Part shown: positions 18,730-28,195 of the stretch, piece after piece | How the letters are laid out: each line of letters begins with the position of its first letter | Numbering within the stretch: the stretch's first letter is position 1 | Source: Vicinamibacterales bacterium | Lineage (GTDB): Bacteria > Acidobacteriota > Vicinamibacteria > Vicinamibacterales > UBA8438 | Assembly: GCA_965202655.1 (NCBI GenBank) | Contig: CBDBBK010000001.1 | Coordinates: forward strand, 296,797 to 360,796 | Length of the DNA stretch: 64,000 nt | Direction: 5' to 3' | Translations under genes and position numbers: made by a program | The notes under the pieces: generated by a model | What the model was told of the DNA's origin: nothing | Seen by the model: only the letters and a program-made list of their open reading frames with translations | Database searches by the model: none

Positions 18730-19353
18730 ATGAACCGGCAGATCGCGAAGTGGAACGCGCGGTACGCCGGCCGTGATCCCGGGCTGAGCGAACCGCCGGC
18801 CTCACCGCTGCCGGAGGCCGTGGAGGCGCTGAGCCCGGGGCGCGCGCTCGATCTGGCCTGCGGGGCCGGCCGCAACGCCATCTGGCTCGCGCAGCGGGGC
18901 TGGCGGGTCGATGCGGTGGATGGCGCCGAGGCCGCCCTGACCTTGCTGGCGACGCATGCCGAACGGGCCGGCTGCCAGGACCGGATCGCGGCGCACGCCG
19001 CCGACCTCGAGGCCGACCCGCCAGGGTTCGCGATAGCCCGCGAGGCGTACGACCTGATCGTCGACTGCTACTTCCTGCACCGGCCGCTGTTCGCGGCGAT
19101 CCGGGAGGGAACGCGCCCCGGCGGGCTGTTCGTCGCCGCACTGCACCTGCCGGCGCGCGCCGGCGGGAAGGGACACCGCTACGTGCTGCGGCCGGGCGAA
19201 CTCGAACAGGTGGTGAAGGGATGGCGCTGGGACGTCGTCCACAGCGCGGAGCGGGCAGCGTTGCCCACGGCGAGCGACGATCTCGGCGTCGCCGAAATCA
19301 TCGCCCGCCGGCCGTCTTCCGCCAGGCGCCCGGCCTGGCAGCTAGGGCTGTGA
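18730..19353 (+). CDS. Class I SAM-dependent methyltransferase (TehB-like)
   Basis: ALDLACGAGRNAIWLAQRGWRVDAVD is motif I, and YDLIVDCYFLHRPL follows. Confidence 0.8.
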   Translation: MNRQIAKWNARYAGRDPGLSEPPASPLPEAVEALSPGRALDLACGAGRNAIWLAQRGWRVDAVDGAEAALTLLATHAERAGCQDRIAAHAADLEADPPGFAIAREAYDLIVDCYFLHRPLFAAIREGTRPGGLFVAALHLPARAGGKGHRYVLRPGELEQVVKGWRWDVVHSAERAALPTASDDLGVAEIIARRPSSARRPAWQLGL

Positions 19354-20313
19354 ATCCGTCGCCGGTTCTTCCGCCGCCCGCGCGCCCGACAGGATGTTGA
19401 AGAGCCCGTAGTTGCCTTCGTGGCAGGCGTACTCGTACATGCCCTCGCCACGCTTCATCGGCAGCGCCGCCGTGAAGGGCGCGGTAAACGTGGTCGAGTC
19501 GTTGACCGTGAACTCGTACAGCAGCGTGTCGTCCCCGACAAGACTGAAACGCTCCGTCAGGTGCATCGTGTCGCCGGTGCCGATGGACGTCGCGACCGAC
19601 GGGTTGAAGCTCGCCACCTTCTCGCTGAAGTTCCTCGATTCGACAACCAGGGTGTCTCCATCCCAGTAGCCGCGCGAGTCGCCCATCCACTGGGGAATGC
19701 CCCCGGGCAGATGGTCGCGGCCGTCGAGGGGCACGATCCGGGCGTCGTGCACCATCTCGTGCAGGATGACGACGTGGTCGGGCGTCTGGAAGATCTGCAG
19801 GTTCTGGTTGTAGCCGGCGGGAACGATCGGGGGACCGGAGTTGAAGCCCAGCAGGCAGCGTTCCGCGAGGCCGCGGTCCTCGTAGCTGTCCGCCCCGATG
19901 CCGGCCGCGCGGACCCGCACCGGGCGGGTGCCGGGCCGGTCCTCGGCGAGTGACAGCTCCACCAACTCGAAACCGGGCCGGAGCGCCGGCAGGCGTCCGG
20001 TCGGCGGATCCGTCAGCAGCGCCGTCCGCTGGTCGTCCACGACGCTCGCGCCCTGGTCCACCCAATAGTGGTTGTAGCCGCCGACGTTGCCGCCGACCGG
20101 CAGCAACTCGCCCGTCCGCTCGGTGGGCGCGTTCAGCTCGGCGCTGCGCTCGGCGGACCGCGCCTCGATCTCGGCCGCCTCTTCAGCGCTGAGAACCGCG
20201 CTCTCCTGGTCCTCGGGCCGTTGCAGCGGCGTCAGGGTGCGGAAGTCCCACACCCCCTGAAGGTCGGGCCGGCCGTCGGGAAGCCGCGGCGGCTCGAACC
20301 CGCCCTGCGCCAT
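19342..20313 (-). CDS. ACHEGNY-family paralog B; 5' end apparently disrupted (no in-frame signal peptide)
   Basis: The ORF starts MAQGGFEPPRLPDGRPDLQGVWDF, which is already the mature-protein motif. It carries all family motifs through YEYACHEGNYGLFN. A strong SD (GGGAGG) plus ATG-ATG sits at 20384/20381 but is out of frame by 71 nt. Confidence 0.75.
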   Translation of the reverse strand: MAQGGFEPPRLPDGRPDLQGVWDFRTLTPLQRPEDQESAVLSAEEAAEIEARSAERSAELNAPTERTGELLPVGGNVGGYNHYWVDQGASVVDDQRTALLTDPPTGRLPALRPGFELVELSLAEDRPGTRPVRVRAAGIGADSYEDRGLAERCLLGFNSGPPIVPAGYNQNLQIFQTPDHVVILHEMVHDARIVPLDGRDHLPGGIPQWMGDSRGYWDGDTLVVESRNFSEKVASFNPSVATSIGTGDTMHLTERFSLVGDDTLLYEFTVNDSTTFTAPFTAALPMKRGEGMYEYACHEGNYGLFNILSGARAAEEPATDSQP

Positions 20314-20430
20314 CGCCGGCGCCGACGCAGACCGCCGTCAATCCGATCAGCATGCAAAGCGACGACGAAACCGCGAACCATCATGTTGAACCTCCCTGGC
20401 AACGCCATTCTACGACGATCCGTGTCCTCC

Positions 20431-21408
20431 TCACCGGCGCGCTTCGACCGCCCGCGACGACCTCAGCAGGTTGGTCATCCCGTAGTTCCCTTCGTGGCAG
20501 GCGTACTCGAACGCCGGCCCCTCGGCCGGACGCCACGGCACCATGCCGCTCCACGGCCGGGTCCAGACGCTCGGGTCGGTCACCGTGAACGAGTACTCGA
20601 TGGCGTCCTCGCCCCGTCGCGTGAAACGCTCCACGACGCTGCGGTTCGGACCCGATCCGAGATAGTCGGTCTGGGCGTGGAAGTTGGTCGTCTCGACGAC
20701 GAGCGTATCGCCTTCCCAGTGACCGCGCGACACGCCCAGCCACAGGCGAATCTGATCGGGCAGCGCCGGCTGATCGAAGACCGGGATGATGCGGAAGTCG
20801 TGAATCTGCTCCTGGAAGATGGCGACATAGCCCGGCGACTGCAGGATGTGGACGTGGTTGTTGTAGCCGCTCGACGTGATCGGCACGTGGCGATAGACGA
20901 GACAGCGGTCGCCGAGATCCATGTCCTCCGGCCCGTGCGCCGGCACCCGGCCGCGCTTGGCGGCGGCCAGCCGCCGGGCTTCGTCCGTCGCCTCATACTG
21001 CTGCCGCTCCGGCGTACGCGGAGGGAGCCGGCCGTCCGCCGGGTCCGTGATGAGCGAAGTGCGGCCCACCGAGATGCCGCGGTCCCACCAGAACTGGTTG
21101 TAGGCGAGTGCGACGTCCTGCTCCCGGGTCAACTCGCTCCTCCGCTCGGAGGTCGCCCGGGTTTCGGAAGCGCGGTTGGCGGCGGCGATTTCCTCTTCCG
21201 TCAGCCACTCGCGGCCGGCATGTTCGGGCGGCCGCTCGAGCGGCGTGATGGTGCCGTGGTTCCACAACCCCTGCAGATCGGGATCGCCCCAGGGCGTACG
21301 GGGAACCGCCGGCCCCTCACCCGGTTCCGGGGCCTGGGCCGCCGCGGCGGGCGGGTTTCCACCGGCGAGGATCGCCGGTACGGCGAGCGCAAGAACGAAC
21401 CATCTCAT
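20431..21408 (-). CDS. ACHEGNY-family paralog C, exported
   Basis: MRWFVLALAVPAILAGG signal; PRTPWGDPDLQGLWN; GDRCLVYR; IHDFRIIPV; GVSRGHWEGDTLVVETTNF; ERFTRRGEDAIEY; FEYACHEGNYGMTN. Confidence 0.85.
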   Translation of the reverse strand: MRWFVLALAVPAILAGGNPPAAAAQAPEPGEGPAVPRTPWGDPDLQGLWNHGTITPLERPPEHAGREWLTEEEIAAANRASETRATSERRSELTREQDVALAYNQFWWDRGISVGRTSLITDPADGRLPPRTPERQQYEATDEARRLAAAKRGRVPAHGPEDMDLGDRCLVYRHVPITSSGYNNHVHILQSPGYVAIFQEQIHDFRIIPVFDQPALPDQIRLWLGVSRGHWEGDTLVVETTNFHAQTDYLGSGPNRSVVERFTRRGEDAIEYSFTVTDPSVWTRPWSGMVPWRPAEGPAFEYACHEGNYGMTNLLRSSRAVEARR

Positions 21409-21562
21409 GAGCGTCCTCCTGAACTCGGCCCGGCCATCGCAGTCTCCCGGATGATGGCCCAGGCGCGTGTCCGGCGCAAGAGCGGCGACTCGACTTCGCC
21501 CCGCTTGTAGTAAGCTTGCGTGCTACCTGCACGGTCCAAGAAGCCCGGAGGGCGCGCCTTAT

Positions 21563-23076
21563 ATGCGCATTCATCTCATCAACCCCAGCCATATCGCGTT
21601 CGGCCTCGCGGTCATCACGCCACGCTGGCTCTACGTGCTGGCGCACGCCACGCCCCGGAAGTACGGCGATCCCGTCATCGTCGACGAGACGCTCGAACCG
21701 CTCGACCCCGAGACGATCGAGGAAGGGGACATCGTCGGCGTCGGCGTCCACACCGGCAATGCGCTGCGCGGGTACGAGGTGGGACGCATTGCGAGGGAGC
21801 GCGGGGCGCGGGTTATCTACGGCGGCATCCATGCCACGCTCTACCCGGAGGAAGCGCTCGAGCGCGGCCACGCCGACGCGGTCGTCAAGGGAGACGGAGA
21901 CGGCGTCTGGCCGCAGGTGATTGAAGACGTCGCCGAGGGACGGCACGAGCGCATCTATGACGGTGGCCGGGTGCCCGGCACATCGCTGCAGAAGGCGCGA
22001 TGGGACCTGATGCCGCGCGACCGCTACATGTGGGCCTCCGTCCAGACGGTGCGGGGCTGCCCGAAGCACTGCTCGTTCTGCTCGGTCTGGCGGACCGACG
22101 GCCAGGAGCCGCGCCAGCGGACGGTTGACGCGGTCGTTGAGGAGATCGTGCAGCTCCGGCGAATGGGTTTCCGCTTCATCGCGCTGGCGGACGACAACTT
22201 CTACCCGGTCACGCTCGAGGACCTGGCAATGGCGCGGCGAAAGAAGGACCCGTCGCGGCTGCAGGAACTCGAGGCGCTGCGCGCCGAACGCTTCGAACTG
22301 ATGGAACAGCTCGCGAAGCTGCCGGAAGACACCATCTTCTTCACACAGATCACGATGGAGGCGGCCGAGGATCCCGCGTTCCTCGATGCGATGCGCGGGG
22401 CGCGCATCAAGGGAGCGCTGATCGGCGTCGAGGCGGTGACCGAAGAGGGACTGAAGGACGTCTACAAGGGCTTCAACCTGGCGGGCGACGACCTGGTGAA
22501 ACAGTTGCGGCAGTTCCGCGAGCACGGCGTGCACGTGCTGGGATCGTTCATCTTCGGCCTGCCCAGCGACAAACCGTCGACGTTCGATGCTACCGCGGCG
22601 CTCGCGAATGCCGCGGACATCGACTTCGCGCAGTTCCTGACGCTCACTCCGTTTCCCGGCACCCTCGATTTCCTGAAGTGGGAAGAGAACGAGGCCAAGG
22701 GAGTGCCGGACGTCGACGGCGTTCCCGTCAGCCGCTACTGGCTGATCCCCCGATCAAGCGGCCGAAGATCTTCTCACCCCACCCGGCCATGACGGGCGAG
22801 GAGATTCGTCTCGGCACGCAGCGGGCCTGGGACCGGTTCTACCGGCTCGGCGCGGTCTGGCGGCGGTCGCGGTGCGTCCGCTCGCTCAAGTCGCGCCTCG
22901 CGTTCATGCTGGTGTCGAAGTTGTACCGCCAGATGTACGGCAACACCGGCATCGCCACCGACAGCGCGCGCGTCTCCCGCGCCGCGACCTGGGCGCGGTG
23001 GCTGGCGATTCCCCTGAAGCGGCTCTTTACCGCGGCGCCCATGCCGGACCTGCAGGTGCCGGCGCGCACGCAGTAA
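21563..23076 (+). pseudogene. B12-binding radical SAM enzyme with an apparent -1 frameshift at a C5 run (22747-22751)
   Basis: ATG 21563 follows GGAGGG. N-terminal B12-binding-like domain, then the CPKHCSFC radical SAM cluster motif. ORF 21467..22792 ends ...VSRYWLIPRSSGRRSS. The conserved-looking C-terminus PIKRPKIFSPHPAMTGEEIRLGTQRAWDRFYRL... continues in ORF 22678..23076. One extra C in the run would join the two. Confidence 0.8.
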
Positions 23077-23155
23077 ACGGCGAAACCGCCGGACCCGTCC
23101 TTAGGGGCGTAGATCGTTGCGCCGGGAAGGTCAGCGCTGCGGCGAACGGATCGAG

Positions 23156-25681
23156 ATGACTTACCTGTTGCCGCGTGCGACCGCGCCGGTAGCCCTCCTT
23201 CTGTTGCTGGCGGTGACCGGCTGCGCTCCGGTCACGATCACGATCAATCCCGACTGGCCGCCAGCGGGGGAAGCCCCGCCGTCAGGTGATACGCCGCCGC
23301 CGGAAGCGCAACCTCCGCGCGAGGGGCCGCCGCCGGGAACGCGCCCCCCCGGGGCGCGCGGAGGACCGCCCGGAAGAGGCGCCCCCCCCAGGGGCGGGCC
23401 ACCACCGGCCGCCCGAGAGGTCGCGGGCGGCACGGCGCGCTCCGCGCCCGGCAACACCGACGGACCGCCACCCCCCGAGGCTCCGGAAGTCATGATCCGC
23501 GACGCCGCCGGCCGCGCCTCGGTGCGGGCGGTCCGGATCGGCGAACCGCTCCGGCTGGACGGCGTGCTCGACGAAGGGGCCTACGAGACGACGCCGTCGA
23601 TGACCGACTTCCTGCAGCAGCTCCCGGATGAAGGGGCTCCCGCAACGGAGCGGACCGAGACGTGGATCTTCTTCGACGACACGAATGTCTACGTGGCGGC
23701 GCGCATGTGGGACTCGGCCCCCGAATCGCGCTGGGTCGCCAACGAGATGCAGCGCGACTCGTTCCAGTTGATCAACAACGACACGTTCAGCGTCGCTTTC
23801 GACACGTTCTACGACCGCCGCAACGGCGTCGCCTTCATGGTCAATCCCATCGGCGGCTTCTTCGACTACGAGATCACCGACGAGGGCAACCCGAACAACG
23901 ACTGGAACCCGATCTGGGATTCGCGCACCGGCCGCTTCGATGGCGGCTGGACGGTAGAGCTGGAGATCCCGTTCAAGTCGCTCCGGTTCCCGGGGCGGAC
24001 GGATCAGGTCTGGGGCGTGCAGGTCGGCCGGCGGATTCGATGGAAGAACGAGAGCGTCTACCTGACGGCGGTGCCGATCTCGGTCGGACCGGGCATGTTC
24101 CGCCTGTCTGCGGCCGGAACGATGACGGGCCTCGAAACGCCGTCGAGCAACCGTGTGTTCGACATCAAGCCGTACGGCATCGGCTCGCTGGAAACGAACC
24201 TGACGGGCGACTCGCCGTTCACGAACCGGGGGGACGGCACCGGCGGGGTCGACGTGAAGGTCGGCATTACGCAGAACCTGACCGCCGATTTCACCTACAA
24301 CACCGACTTTGCACAGGTCGAGGCGGACGAGGCGCAGGTCAACCTGTCGCGTTTCAACCTCTTCTTTCCCGAGAAGCGCGAGTTCTTCCTGGAGGGGCGG
24401 GGGATCTTCGATTTCGGCCGCTCGGCCGGCACCACCGGCGGCGTGTTCCGCGCCACGCGGCTCGGAACGGGCGGACCCTTCGGCAGCAGCGACACGCCGC
24501 AGGTTTTCTTCAGCCGGCGGATCGGATTGGCCGAACCCATTCTGGGGGGCGGACGGCTGACCGGCAAGGCTGGCGCCTTCACCATCGGCGCGCTCAACAT
24601 CCAGACCGACGACGCCAACGCGGCGGACGGGCCGGACTCCACCAACTTCACCGTGCTTCGCGTCAAGCGGGACATCCTGCGCCGAAGCCGGATCGGGGCC
24701 ATCTTCACGGGCCGGTCGATTGCCGTCGACGGTAACGGGTCGAACGAAGCCTACGGTCTGGACGCCGCGTTCTCGTTCTACGACAACGTCAATTTCTACG
24801 GGTACTGGGCGCAGACCCGAACGCCGGACATGGTGGGTGACGACCAGAGTTACCAGGCGGCGTTCAACTACACCGGCGACCTCTTCGGGCTGCAGGTGGA
24901 CCGGCTGATGGTCGGCGACAACTTCAATCCCGAAGTGGGCTTCAAGCGGCGCGACGAGGGCTTCCTGCGCACCTACGCGCTGGCCCGCTACAGCCCGCGG
25001 CCCCGCTCGATCCGGGCCATCCGGCAGTTTCGGTGGGAAGGAAGCCTGGACTACATCGAGAATCCGGCCGGCCTCGTCGAGACCCGCATCCAGATGGGCG
25101 CCTTCTCGGCTGAACTGGAAAACAGCGACGTTATCGGAATCGACCTCGAGCAGCGCTACGACTACGTCCCCTACGAATTCAACGCGGCCGGCGTCGTGCC
25201 CATTGCGGTTGGCGATTACGACTACCGGAGCGTCTTCATGTCGTACGCCATGGGACAGCAACGGCGCGTCTCAGGCACGCTGTCTCTCTGGAAGGGTGGC
25301 TACTACGACGGCGACATCACCGCGATCGGATACTCGCGGGGCCGGATAGAACTCACGCCGCAGTTCTCCCTCGAGCCGGGCGTCTCGGTCAACATGATCC
25401 GGATTGACGAGGAAGACTACACGGCGCCGCTCGTCACGAGCCGCATCACCTACACGTTCACGCCCCGGATGTTCTTCGGGGGGCTCGTGCAGTACAACTC
25501 GGTCTCCAACTCGCTCAGCGCCAATCTCCGGCTGCGCTGGGAGTATCAGCCGGGCAGCGAGATGTTCATCGTCTACAACGATCAGCGTGACGTTGCGGAC
25601 TTCTCGTTCCGGGACGCGCGGTGGCCGATCCTCGAGAACCGCGCGTTCGTCATCAAGTTCACGCGGCTGTTCCGCTTCTGA
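23156..25681 (+). CDS. DUF5916/carbohydrate-binding family 9-like outer-membrane-type lipoprotein with a Pro-rich linker
   Basis: ORF 23117..25681 trimmed to ATG 23156. Lipobox LLLAVTGC. About 90 residues of P/G/A/R-rich low complexity. DGVLDEGAYE...WIFFDDTNVYVAARMWD then resembles CBM9-like/DUF5916 proteins, and the long C-terminal part looks like alternating beta strands ending in ...FVIKFTRLFRF. Confidence 0.7.
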   Translation: MTYLLPRATAPVALLLLLAVTGCAPVTITINPDWPPAGEAPPSGDTPPPEAQPPREGPPPGTRPPGARGGPPGRGAPPRGGPPPAAREVAGGTARSAPGNTDGPPPPEAPEVMIRDAAGRASVRAVRIGEPLRLDGVLDEGAYETTPSMTDFLQQLPDEGAPATERTETWIFFDDTNVYVAARMWDSAPESRWVANEMQRDSFQLINNDTFSVAFDTFYDRRNGVAFMVNPIGGFFDYEITDEGNPNNDWNPIWDSRTGRFDGGWTVELEIPFKSLRFPGRTDQVWGVQVGRRIRWKNESVYLTAVPISVGPGMFRLSAAGTMTGLETPSSNRVFDIKPYGIGSLETNLTGDSPFTNRGDGTGGVDVKVGITQNLTADFTYNTDFAQVEADEAQVNLSRFNLFFPEKREFFLEGRGIFDFGRSAGTTGGVFRATRLGTGGPFGSSDTPQVFFSRRIGLAEPILGGGRLTGKAGAFTIGALNIQTDDANAADGPDSTNFTVLRVKRDILRRSRIGAIFTGRSIAVDGNGSNEAYGLDAAFSFYDNVNFYGYWAQTRTPDMVGDDQSYQAAFNYTGDLFGLQVDRLMVGDNFNPEVGFKRRDEGFLRTYALARYSPRPRSIRAIRQFRWEGSLDYIENPAGLVETRIQMGAFSAELENSDVIGIDLEQRYDYVPYEFNAAGVVPIAVGDYDYRSVFMSYAMGQQRRVSGTLSLWKGGYYDGDITAIGYSRGRIELTPQFSLEPGVSVNMIRIDEEDYTAPLVTSRITYTFTPRMFFGGLVQYNSVSNSLSANLRLRWEYQPGSEMFIVYNDQRDVADFSFRDARWPILENRAFVIKFTRLFRF

Positions 25682-25690
25682 TTCTGACGG

Positions 25691-25724
25691 ACGGGCGGGG
25701 GCTGTTCGCGCAGCCCCCGCCCGT
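25691..25724. terminator. Perfect 14-bp GC-rich hairpin between convergent genes (possible bidirectional terminator)
   Basis: ACGGGCGGGGGCTG (25691-25704), loop TTCGCG, CAGCCCCCGCCCGT (25711-25724). It lies 10 nt after the stop at 25681 and 27 nt before the convergent stop at 25751. There is no clear U-tract. Confidence 0.55.
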
Positions 25725-25750
25725 TCCGAAACAGGACGTAGCGACCGGGT

Positions 25751-26905
25751 TCAGTCGCGGTAGTTGCTGACCGGCGGCAGTTGCGCGCCCGTCAGATCGG
25801 CCGGCGGCTCCTCGCCTGCCACAACCGGCATGCGCAGGGTGCCGATGCCCTCGATGCTGGCCTCGACCACCTCGCCCGGCTTCAGGTAGCGATCCTCCGG
25901 GCCGCGGGTATCCGCGGCGCCCGCCGCAGTGCCGCCCGACGTCCCGTTGTTGATCACGTCGCCCGGGTAGAGCGTGATGATCGACGAGGCGTACTCGATG
26001 ATCTCCCAGAGCGAGTGGATCATGTCGCCCGCCTGGGCGTCCTGCAGCACCTGGCCGCCAACCGTCAACGTCTGGCGCAGGTTGGCCATCGGGTCGCCAT
26101 AGAACTCCTTCGGCGCGATCCACGGACCCTGGGGCGCGAAGGTGTCGTGCCCCTTGCCGACGAACCAGTCCGACCGCGTGGCGTTACCGCCCGGGGGACG
26201 GCCGCCGCGGTCGGAGACGTCGATCGACACGATGTAGCCGAAGACGTGGTCCTGCGCATTCGTGGCCGACACGTACTTCGCGGTGCGCCCGATCACCGCG
26301 CCCAGCTCCACTTCCCAGTCGGTCCGGTCGCGCCCGTAGGGAATGACGATCGGATCGCCGTTACCGACGACCGCGCCGCGGCTCGGCTTCAGGAAGAGAT
26401 ACGGGACGCCCCGTTCGTCGCGCCGCCGCCGCTGCTCCGCCGCCCGCTCCTCGGGGGTGGCGCCCTCGCTGACGTGGCTGTAGAAGTTGACGGCGGCGTT
26501 CAGGATCTTGCCCGGAAACATGATCGGCGGGCGCGTCCGCAGGTCGGCCACCGCGTACACGTAGTCGGCCTGGCCGTTACCCGTGAGCAGGTCGTTGCCG
26601 ACGACGTGGTTCACGATCTCGAACAGGCGGTACTTCAGGCCGTAGTCCCAGCGCCCGATCAGCTCGAGCGTGTCCTCCGGCATCGGCACATGGCTGTAGG
26701 ACGGGTCCGACTCGAGCGCCAGGTTGGCCACCTCGATGTCGATGACCAGGCTGTCGCGAAGGACCAGGCCGACATGGGGTACCCCGTGGATGTCGAACGT
26801 CCCGACGTGGAACGGCTCGACCGATTCGACCCCGGGGCCCTGCGCGAGCGCCGCGCCGGGGGCCGCAAGGGCCAAGAGTGTTGCGATGGTCAGAATGCGT
26901 CGCAT
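25751..26905 (-). CDS. Fumarylacetoacetate hydrolase (FAH) family protein with signal peptide
   Basis: MRRILTIATLLALAAPGAALAQ signal. YLFLKPSRGAVVGNGDPIVIP, WEVELGAVIG, GKGHDTFAPQGPW and PGDVINNGTSGG are FAH-fold segments. Confidence 0.8.
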   Translation of the reverse strand: MRRILTIATLLALAAPGAALAQGPGVESVEPFHVGTFDIHGVPHVGLVLRDSLVIDIEVANLALESDPSYSHVPMPEDTLELIGRWDYGLKYRLFEIVNHVVGNDLLTGNGQADYVYAVADLRTRPPIMFPGKILNAAVNFYSHVSEGATPEERAAEQRRRRDERGVPYLFLKPSRGAVVGNGDPIVIPYGRDRTDWEVELGAVIGRTAKYVSATNAQDHVFGYIVSIDVSDRGGRPPGGNATRSDWFVGKGHDTFAPQGPWIAPKEFYGDPMANLRQTLTVGGQVLQDAQAGDMIHSLWEIIEYASSIITLYPGDVINNGTSGGTAAGAADTRGPEDRYLKPGEVVEASIEGIGTLRMPVVAGEEPPADLTGAQLPPVSNYRD

Positions 26906-27071
26906 GATGCTCCTCTGTGGCGAGATCCGAATGATCCAGCTACTTTACCTGAACGCCGTCCCGCGGCGCAGTGCGGTTGTACTCCCGCCCCGTGAGACTG
27001 TCAAGAAACCACCCTCTCCGGCTGCCGGGTGGGTGTATCCTGCAACGACGCACCGACTCAGGAGGAAGACG

Positions 27072-28130
27072 ATGCACCAGCGGAATTCCGGATGGCTGCG
27101 CGCGCTGGCAGTCGGAGTTGCGGCCCTGGCCCTCACGGCGACGTTCGCCCCGGCCGGCGCACTGGCGCAGCAGGAGGCGCCCGATGGCTGGACGGCGCCG
27201 CGAACCCCCTGGGGCGACCCGGACCTGCGGGCAATCTGGAACAACTCCACCATCACGCCGCTGGAACGGCCGGGGGCGCTGGCGGACCAGGCGTTCCTGA
27301 GCGACGAGCAGGCGGCGGAACTGGAACGGCTCGCGGTCGAGCGAGTGAACCAGGCGAACGCCCCGAGCGAAGTGCGCACCGAACCGTTGCCGGTGGGCGG
27401 CAATGTCGGCGCCTACAACAGCTTCTGGACCGATCAGCGGACGTCGGTGGTCGGCACGCAGCGGACGTCGATCATCACGTATCCCGAGAACGGCCGGCTG
27501 CCGGTGTTGACGGATACGGCGCGCGAGCGGATTGCGTCGGCCGAGACGCGGCGACTGGCGGATGTCCGGGACGGCCGCGTCCCCGCGGACGGACCGGAGG
27601 ATATGGGCCTGAGCGAGCGGTGCCTCTGGTACCGCGGCATCCCCACGATCCCGACCGGCTACAACAACAACTTCCACTTCTTCCAGACGCCGGAGATGGT
27701 GATCATCCTGCAGGAGCACATTCACGATCTCCGGATCATCGCCCTCGACGGCCGTCCCCACCTGCCGGAGGGCATCCGGCAGTTCGCCGGCAGCTCGCGC
27801 GGCCACTGGGAGGGAGACACGCTGGTGGTCGAGACGACCAACCTGCGGCAGCCCTTCATCCGGCGGTGGGCCCGCCCGGAACACTCGCTGTCGCGGGGGG
27901 ACATGACCGAAGCGGTGCGCGTCGTCGAACGGTTTACCCGCGTCGGACCCGACACGCTGGACGTCACTTTCACCGTCGAGGACCCCGGCACCTGGGTCGA
28001 GCCCTGGTCGGGCGCGCTGCCGATGACCCGCACCGACGGGCCGATCTTCGAGTTCGCCTGCCACGAGGGGAACTACGGCATGTTCAACATGATGGCGGGG
28101 TCGCGGGCGGAGGAAGCCGAAGGACAGTAG
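27072..28130 (+). CDS. ACHEGNY-family paralog D, exported
   Basis: ORF 26724..28130 trimmed to ATG 27072 after AGGAGGA. MHQRNSGWLRALAVGVAALALTATFAPAGALAQ; PRTPWGDPDLRAIWN; SERCLWYR; IHDLRIIALDGRPH; GSSRGHWEGDTLVVETTNL; FEFACHEGNYGMFN. Confidence 0.85.
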   Translation: MHQRNSGWLRALAVGVAALALTATFAPAGALAQQEAPDGWTAPRTPWGDPDLRAIWNNSTITPLERPGALADQAFLSDEQAAELERLAVERVNQANAPSEVRTEPLPVGGNVGAYNSFWTDQRTSVVGTQRTSIITYPENGRLPVLTDTARERIASAETRRLADVRDGRVPADGPEDMGLSERCLWYRGIPTIPTGYNNNFHFFQTPEMVIILQEHIHDLRIIALDGRPHLPEGIRQFAGSSRGHWEGDTLVVETTNLRQPFIRRWARPEHSLSRGDMTEAVRVVERFTRVGPDTLDVTFTVEDPGTWVEPWSGALPMTRTDGPIFEFACHEGNYGMFNMMAGSRAEEAEGQ

Positions 28131-28195
28131 GAACGGCCGGCGCGTTCCTCCCCCCGACATCCTCGTCGCTCCGGTTCGTCGCGCCGGCGCGCGCG

